Below are positions 59,147 to 64,000 of a stretch of DNA of 64,000 nucleotides, piece by piece. The stretch is from NCBI GenBank assembly GCA_965204745.1, contig OZ242010.1, forward strand, positions 1,312,001 through 1,376,000, written 5' to 3'. The translations under genes and the position numbers were made by a program. Positions within the stretch are counted from its first letter, which is position 1, and each line of letters opens with the position of its first letter. The DNA comes from Candidatus Latescibacterota bacterium. Lineage in GTDB: Bacteria; Latescibacterota; UBA2968. Under the pieces are notes generated by a model. It saw only the letters and a list, made by a program, of their open reading frames with translations. It was not told the origin of the DNA and ran no database searches.

Positions 59147-59221
59147 TCAGTAGTCAGTAGTCAGTAGTCAGTAGTCAGTAGTCAGTAGTCAGTAGTCAGT
59201 AGTCAGTAGTCAGTAGTCAGT
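59141..59221. repeat. Heptamer tandem repeat (CAGTAGT)x11
   Basis: Direct reading; supplies the sulfatase stop codon. Confidence 0.92.
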
Positions 59222-59251
59222 CCCCTCACCGCCCCACCGCATTCAAAAAAC

Positions 59252-59288
59252 AAAAAGCGGCGATCCGAAGATCACCGCTTTTTGTTTG
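59252..59288. terminator. Bidirectional intrinsic terminator between convergent genes
   Basis: AAAAAGCGGCGATC-CGAA-GATCACCGCTTTTT. Confidence 0.75.
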
Positions 59289-59338
59289 TACGCAAACCAT
59301 CGGGGGCAAGTGCTCAACCTACCAGAGGTTCATACAGG

Positions 59339-59557
59339 CTACCCATACAAATATTTATCGTGTTGTTCAGACGCATCTGAAACATCGCATTCAATTGGGT
59401 CTTTGCCCAAGTTCCAAATGGGATCGTTTTGAACCGTCGGCACAAGTGTAATCACGCCATTTTCCTTTTTGAGTTCGACTTCCTCGATGCCTTCCAACAA
59501 CTGCCGAGGAATCAAAACCCCTTGCGCCGTCACGCTTATCTTAATCGTTTCGTCCAT
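59339..59557 (-). CDS. Small AbrB-like antitoxin-type protein, orphan
   Basis: VTAQGVLIP...EVELKKENGVITLVP, C-terminal DASEQHDKYLYG. Confidence 0.65.
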   Translation of the reverse strand: MDETIKISVTAQGVLIPRQLLEGIEEVELKKENGVITLVPTVQNDPIWNLGKDPIECDVSDASEQHDKYLYG

Positions 59558-59819
59558 CACCAAACCCTTTCACAATGGCGGGGAAGCAATCGCGTATCGC
59601 AAAAATAACGGATTGTAAAACAACGGGCAACTTTTTGTTTTGCCGCGCAATCCGTTTCATCTGCGGATCCCCATTGTGAACAGATCGTTCAATGCCGATG
59701 CGCTTGGTGATGGGGTATTTGTTTTGTGAACAACGAGTTATGTTGCAAGGGGTGCTGGCACGTTCCTTGCCTGATTGCATGTGGTTTTCGGTTCGTTCAC
59801 TTCTTGCAAGGAGGGTGTG

Positions 59820-61358
59820 ATGACAGCGCGCGTATTGAGTTGTGCAACGCTGGGTATTGATGCGTATATCGTGCATATTGAGGCGGATATTTCGCAACAA
59901 CTGCCCGCGTTTTCCGTGGTGGGGCTGCCCGATAGCGCGGTGAAGGAAAGCCGGGATCGGGTGATGGCCGCGATTAAAAATGCCGGGCGATCCTTTCCGA
60001 GCAACCGCATCACCGTGAACTTGGCACCGGCGGACATTCGGAAGGAAGGTTCGGCATTTGACTTGCCCATCGCCATTGGCATCATCGCGGCGATGAGCAG
60101 TTGTGTTTCGCCCGAGAAATTGTCGCAATACATCATCTTGGGCGAGTTGGCCTTAGACGGCACGGTGCGCCCGATTCGCGGCGCGTTGTCCATGGCCGTG
60201 GAAGCCAAACGGGCCGGCCTCAAGGGGTTGATCATGCCAGTGGAAAATGCGCGGGAAGCGGCGATAGCCGGCGGGATGGAGGTGTTGCCCGTGCGCGATT
60301 TGACCGAGGCACTGGACTTTTTGGAGGGGTATTGCGACATCATGCCCTTTGAAATCAACAGCGACGCGATTTTTCGGCAGGCCATGACGCATCGGGTGGA
60401 TTTTAAGGATGTGCGCGGGCAAGAACACGCCAAGCGCGCGCTGGAGGTGGCCGCCGCAGGCGCGCACAACGCGATCCTCATGGGGCCGCCCGGATCCGGC
60501 AAGACCATGCTCTCGCGGAGATTGCCGACCATCTTGCCGGACCTGACATTGGACGAGGCCCTTCAGACCACAAAAATTCACTCGGTGGCCGGCTTGTTGC
60601 CCCCGGACACCGCGCTGGTGGCAACGCGGCCCTTTCGCTCCCCGCATCACACGATTTCAGACGCGGGCCTGATCGGCGGCGGCCCCTATCCCCGCCCCGG
60701 CGAGGTGTCGCTAGCCCATCACGGAGTGCTGTTTTTGGACGAGTTGCCCGAGTTCAAAAAGCAGGTGCTGGAATCCCTGCGCCAACCCATTGAGGACAGT
60801 TTTGTCACCATAGCACGCGCCGCGATCTCGCTTTCGTATCCCGCGTGCTTTATGCTCGTTTGCGCGATGAATCCGTGCCCGTGTGGGTATTTGGGCGATC
60901 CGAGCCACGAGTGTATCTGCTCGCCCCCGGTGATCCAACGCTATCTCAACAAAATTTCAGGCCCGCTGATGGATCGCATCGACATTCATGTGGAAGCCCC
61001 TGCGGTGCCTTACGAAGAACTGGCGGATGAACCCGCAGGCGAGTCCTCCGCAGACATCCGCAAGCGCGTGCAAGCCGCCCGCCAAACCCAACTGGATCGC
61101 TTTGGGGAGTATCCCGACCTGTTTAGCAACGCGCACATGGGCCCGCGCGAGATTCGGTCGTTTTGCAAAATAGATGGCAAGAGCGAGGAGTTGTTGCGGA
61201 TGGCAATTACGCGCTTGGGCCTGTCGGCCCGCGCCTATGATCGGATATTAAAAGCGAGCCGCACCATAGCAGACCTCGAAGGCGAAGCGGAGATTCAATC
61301 GCGCCATGTGGCCGAGGCCATTCAATACCGCAGTTTGGACAGGAGATTGTGGGAGTGA
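59820..61358 (+). CDS. comM: YifB/ComM Mg-chelatase-like AAA ATPase
   Basis: VGLPD, NLAPAD, GPPGSGKT, RPFRSPHH, LFLDELPEF, MNPCPCG, RTIADL. Confidence 0.93.
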   Translation: MTARVLSCATLGIDAYIVHIEADISQQLPAFSVVGLPDSAVKESRDRVMAAIKNAGRSFPSNRITVNLAPADIRKEGSAFDLPIAIGIIAAMSSCVSPEKLSQYIILGELALDGTVRPIRGALSMAVEAKRAGLKGLIMPVENAREAAIAGGMEVLPVRDLTEALDFLEGYCDIMPFEINSDAIFRQAMTHRVDFKDVRGQEHAKRALEVAAAGAHNAILMGPPGSGKTMLSRRLPTILPDLTLDEALQTTKIHSVAGLLPPDTALVATRPFRSPHHTISDAGLIGGGPYPRPGEVSLAHHGVLFLDELPEFKKQVLESLRQPIEDSFVTIARAAISLSYPACFMLVCAMNPCPCGYLGDPSHECICSPPVIQRYLNKISGPLMDRIDIHVEAPAVPYEELADEPAGESSADIRKRVQAARQTQLDRFGEYPDLFSNAHMGPREIRSFCKIDGKSEELLRMAITRLGLSARAYDRILKASRTIADLEGEAEIQSRHVAEAIQYRSLDRRLWE

Positions 61359-61394
61359 ATCGCCATTGTAAAACCACGTATCGAGCGTTATATT

Positions 61395-61715
61395 ATGGTA
61401 TTCATCGAAACATCCGTATTTACGCGTTGCGTTCAAAATGCCCTGACCGACGAGCATTATCGCAGTCTGCAACACCTTTTGGTCCATCGCCCGGATATCG
61501 GCGTTGTCATTCCCAACAGCGGTGGTTTGAGGAAGATGCGATGGTCCATACCAGGGCGGGGCAAGCGCAGTGGTGTTCGTATCATTTACTTTTGGGCTGT
61601 GAGGCAAAATCAAATTCTGATGCTTTTGGTATATTCCAAAAACGAAAAAGACGACTTAACGCCAAGGGAACTCAGGGCGTTAAGACGCATTGTTGAGGAG
61701 GAGTATCCGAAATGA
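61395..61715 (+). CDS. higB: RelE/HigB-2 family toxin
   Basis: FIETSVF, GGLRKMRW, GKRSGVRIIYF, YSKNEKDDL. Confidence 0.88.
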   Translation: MVFIETSVFTRCVQNALTDEHYRSLQHLLVHRPDIGVVIPNSGGLRKMRWSIPGRGKRSGVRIIYFWAVRQNQILMLLVYSKNEKDDLTPRELRALRRIVEEEYPK

Positions 61716-62059
61716 AAAAAGAATTATTTGACGATCTACTTCAAAGTGTGCGCGAGGCGGGTGCGATCATGCAAGGCGAGACAGCGCCGAGTCGCGTGTT
61801 TGATTTTGCGCCGCTGGACGTCAAAGCCATTCGCAAAAAGCTCAACAAATCTCAGCGCGAATTTGCACTCATGATCGGTGTGAGCACGTCAAAATTGCAA
61901 AATTGGGAACGGGGATGTTGCATGCCTCATGGGCCTGTCCAGGCATTGTTAAAAATAGCAAAAAAAAATCCCCGAGCATTTGTCGAGGCATTGGAGGAGT
62001 GGGAGAATCCGCTTTTGGCAAATCAGCGGATTTCGTCCGGGCAACAGGATCAAAAATGA
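61712..62059 (+). CDS. higA: HigA-2/NadS-like XRE antitoxin
   Basis: LFDDLLQSVREA, SQREFALMIGVS..LQNWERG; ATGA-coupled. Confidence 0.85.
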   Translation: MKKELFDDLLQSVREAGAIMQGETAPSRVFDFAPLDVKAIRKKLNKSQREFALMIGVSTSKLQNWERGCCMPHGPVQALLKIAKKNPRAFVEALEEWENPLLANQRISSGQQDQK

Positions 62060-62069
62060 TCTATGAACC

Positions 62070-62105
62070 AAAAAGCGGTGCATCGGCAGGTGCGCCGCTT
62101 TTTTT
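62070..62105 (+). terminator. Intrinsic terminator
   Basis: AAAAAGCGGTGCA...TGCGCCGCTTTTTTT. Confidence 0.75.
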
Positions 62106-62114
62106 AGGCACAAT

Positions 62115-64000
62115 ATGAAACGAGACGCAAAAAAAATGATCATCCCAGGCGTAGTGGGCGAGGTGTGTATCAAGCGCGGGGCGCACGGGTTTCCGCATAT
62201 CGCGGCGCGGGATGAACGAGATCGGTATTACGGCTTGGGATATGCCCACGGCAGGGATCGGCAAATGCACATGGGCTTGCTCAAGCTCATCGGACGGGGG
62301 CAGGCATCCGCGCATCTAAAAGCGAGTGATCCCTTGATCGCATCGGACAAATACATGCGCTGGCTCGATTTGGCAGGCGACGCGGCAGGGGAAGCGCGGC
62401 ATGTATCCGCGGAGGTGAAAGCGGTATTGGATGCGTATTGCAAAGGCGTCAACGACGCGGTTCGCGCCGCGGGAAGGCCGTTTGAGTTTGCATTGATGGG
62501 CTATCGACCCGACGACTGGACCCCGGCAGATGTCTTGCTGATGGTCAAATTGATAGGATTCGCGGGCCTGTCGCAAAGCCAGGCCGATCTGGAAAAATTG
62601 ATCGTTCAGATGATTCGACAAGGCGTGGCACCCGAGCGATTGAAAGCCCTCTTTCCGGCGATTCGGGAAGCGATACCCGACTCGCTCATCGACCTGCTCA
62701 AAAGCGCGCATCTCACCCATCCGATCATCCCGGCCACTGCGCGCGAGGTCTTGCCCAATTTTTCATCGAGCAACAACTGGGCAGTGCGTCCACAAAAAAC
62801 CGCGTCTGGACAGGCGATGTTGTGCGGGGATCCGCATTTGGCACTGCAACTGCCATCCGTGTGGTACCCGGCCGTGCTGGCTGGCGAGGGCGATTATTTG
62901 ATGGGCGCGACCCTGCCGGGCGTGCCCTTTGTGGCTATCGGACGCACGCGGCGATTGGCGTGGGCCGCGACTTATGGCACTGCGGATGTGTGCGATTATT
63001 TTGTCGAGGAAGTGAAAGCGGGAAAGTACAGAAGCGGGGATCAGTGGATGCCCCTGCGCGTGCGCGAGGAGATCATTCGGCCCAAAAATCGGGCGGCGAT
63101 AACACTCCGCGTTTGCGAAACAGAGCGCGGCTTGATCGAAGGCGAAGTCCAAGCGGATGGGTATTATCTCTGCTATGCGTGGACCGGCAAGCAAGTCAAG
63201 GGAACGGCCGCGGAATCACTAAACCGCATCTTGCAAATCGTGAAAGCACGGGACGCGGCAGAAGCGCGGGATGCGTTTGCAGGGCTGACATTCGCCCCGT
63301 TTAATTGGGTATTCGCAGACGCCGCCGGGAACATCGGCTACCAACTCGGCGGGCTGGTGCCCAAACAACCCGCAGGCACGTCCGGCTTGCTGCCGTATTT
63401 GGGATGGGAAAAAGAACAAAATTGGGATGGCATGGTCGATCCGAAATGGTACCCCCGCGCATTCAATCCGGCATGCGGATTTCTCGTCACGGCAAACAAC
63501 GACCTCAACCACTTGGGACGAGTCGCGCCGATGAAATTGCCCATCTCCTCGTATCGCGCAGACCGCATCCGCGACCTGTTGCGGGAAAAAGACGACCTGA
63601 CTGTGGCAGACATGAAGCGGATTCAAAACGACCGCTACGCACGTCAGGCAAAGGTGTTCATGGAGGTTATACGGCCGTTATTGCCCGAATCGAAAAACGG
63701 GGATATTTTGCGAAACTGGGATTTGCGTTACGATGCGGACTCGCTGGGTGCGACGCTTTTTGAGCGCGTTTATCGAGAACTCGTTTTGCTCGTTTTTGGG
63801 GATTGCGGATTGGGCCGCGAGGTCATCGCACATTTATTGAACGAGACCATGTTGTTCAACATCCTGCACGGGTATTTTGACCGCATTCTGTTGCGCGAGG
63901 CATCGGCGTCGCGCAAGGCCATGCAGACGGCGATAGAACGGGGGTTGCGAGAAAAAGCCATCCCCCACGGCGAGGCGCGCAAAATTTATGTCGAGCATCT
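62115..64000 (+). CDS. Penicillin acylase family (Ntn-hydrolase) protein, runs off window
   Basis: Hand-translated: GFPHIAA..YGLGYAHGRDR, in-frame SNNWAV at 62769, GDPHL..PSVWY, NWVFAD..GNIG. Confidence 0.9.
   Translation, partial: MKRDAKKMIIPGVVGEVCIKRGAHGFPHIAARDERDRYYGLGYAHGRDRQMHMGLLKLIGRGQASAHLKASDPLIASDKYMRWLDLAGDAAGEARHVSAEVKAVLDAYCKGVNDAVRAAGRPFEFALMGYRPDDWTPADVLLMVKLIGFAGLSQSQADLEKLIVQMIRQGVAPERLKALFPAIREAIPDSLIDLLKSAHLTHPIIPATAREVLPNFSSSNNWAVRPQKTASGQAMLCGDPHLALQLPSVWYPAVLAGEGDYLMGATLPGVPFVAIGRTRRLAWAATYGTADVCDYFVEEVKAGKYRSGDQWMPLRVREEIIRPKNRAAITLRVCETERGLIEGEVQADGYYLCYAWTGKQVKGTAAESLNRILQIVKARDAAEARDAFAGLTFAPFNWVFADAAGNIGYQLGGLVPKQPAGTSGLLPYLGWEKEQNWDGMVDPKWYPRAFNPACGFLVTANNDLNHLGRVAPMKLPISSYRADRIRDLLREKDDLTVADMKRIQNDRYARQAKVFMEVIRPLLPESKNGDILRNWDLRYDADSLGATLFERVYRELVLLVFGDCGLGREVIAHLLNETMLFNILHGYFDRILLREASASRKAMQTAIERGLREKAIPHGEARKIYVEH

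Noticed and set aside
1-64000. tRNA, rRNA, prophage, DGR or retron
   Set aside because: No T-loop/cloverleaf, rRNA signature, phage structural gene, integrase or reverse transcriptase recognised by eye

Overview
GC-rich bacterial chromosomal window. It is rich in sulfatases, enolase-family dehydratases and intergenic repeats; a Latescibacterota/Gemmatimonadota/Poribacteria-like lineage is an inference only. 1-31 kb: catabolic and transport genes (two mandelate-racemase-family dehydratases, qor, 2-hydroxyacid dehydrogenase, OYE, ggt, sulfatase, msrB, rnd, glpK, RND pump, ABC components, modA). 31.3-41.9 kb: defence/toxin-antitoxin island with a type IIG-like N6-MTase, BrnT followed by a 1311-aa putative antitoxin-nuclease fusion, PIN, MNT-like/HEPN and DUF104 + truncated vapC; its modules are separated by five same-orientation copies of a palindromic element. 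42-64 kb: core genes (efp, accB, accC, gcvH, trpS, scpAB, rluB, mreD-mrdA-rodA, comM) interrupted by an intact IS5/IS427-group IS, a protein-free IS607-like element with a TnpB omega-RNA-like scaffold inserted exactly between accB and accC, a three-gene DUF6978-DUF1828/1829-Schlafen cassette and higBA. Intergenic DNA is dense in heptamer tandem repeats, GTAG-REP-like hairpins and IS427-derived MITEs. No tRNA, rRNA or CRISPR array was seen. All family assignments come from motif recognition by eye, not database searches.
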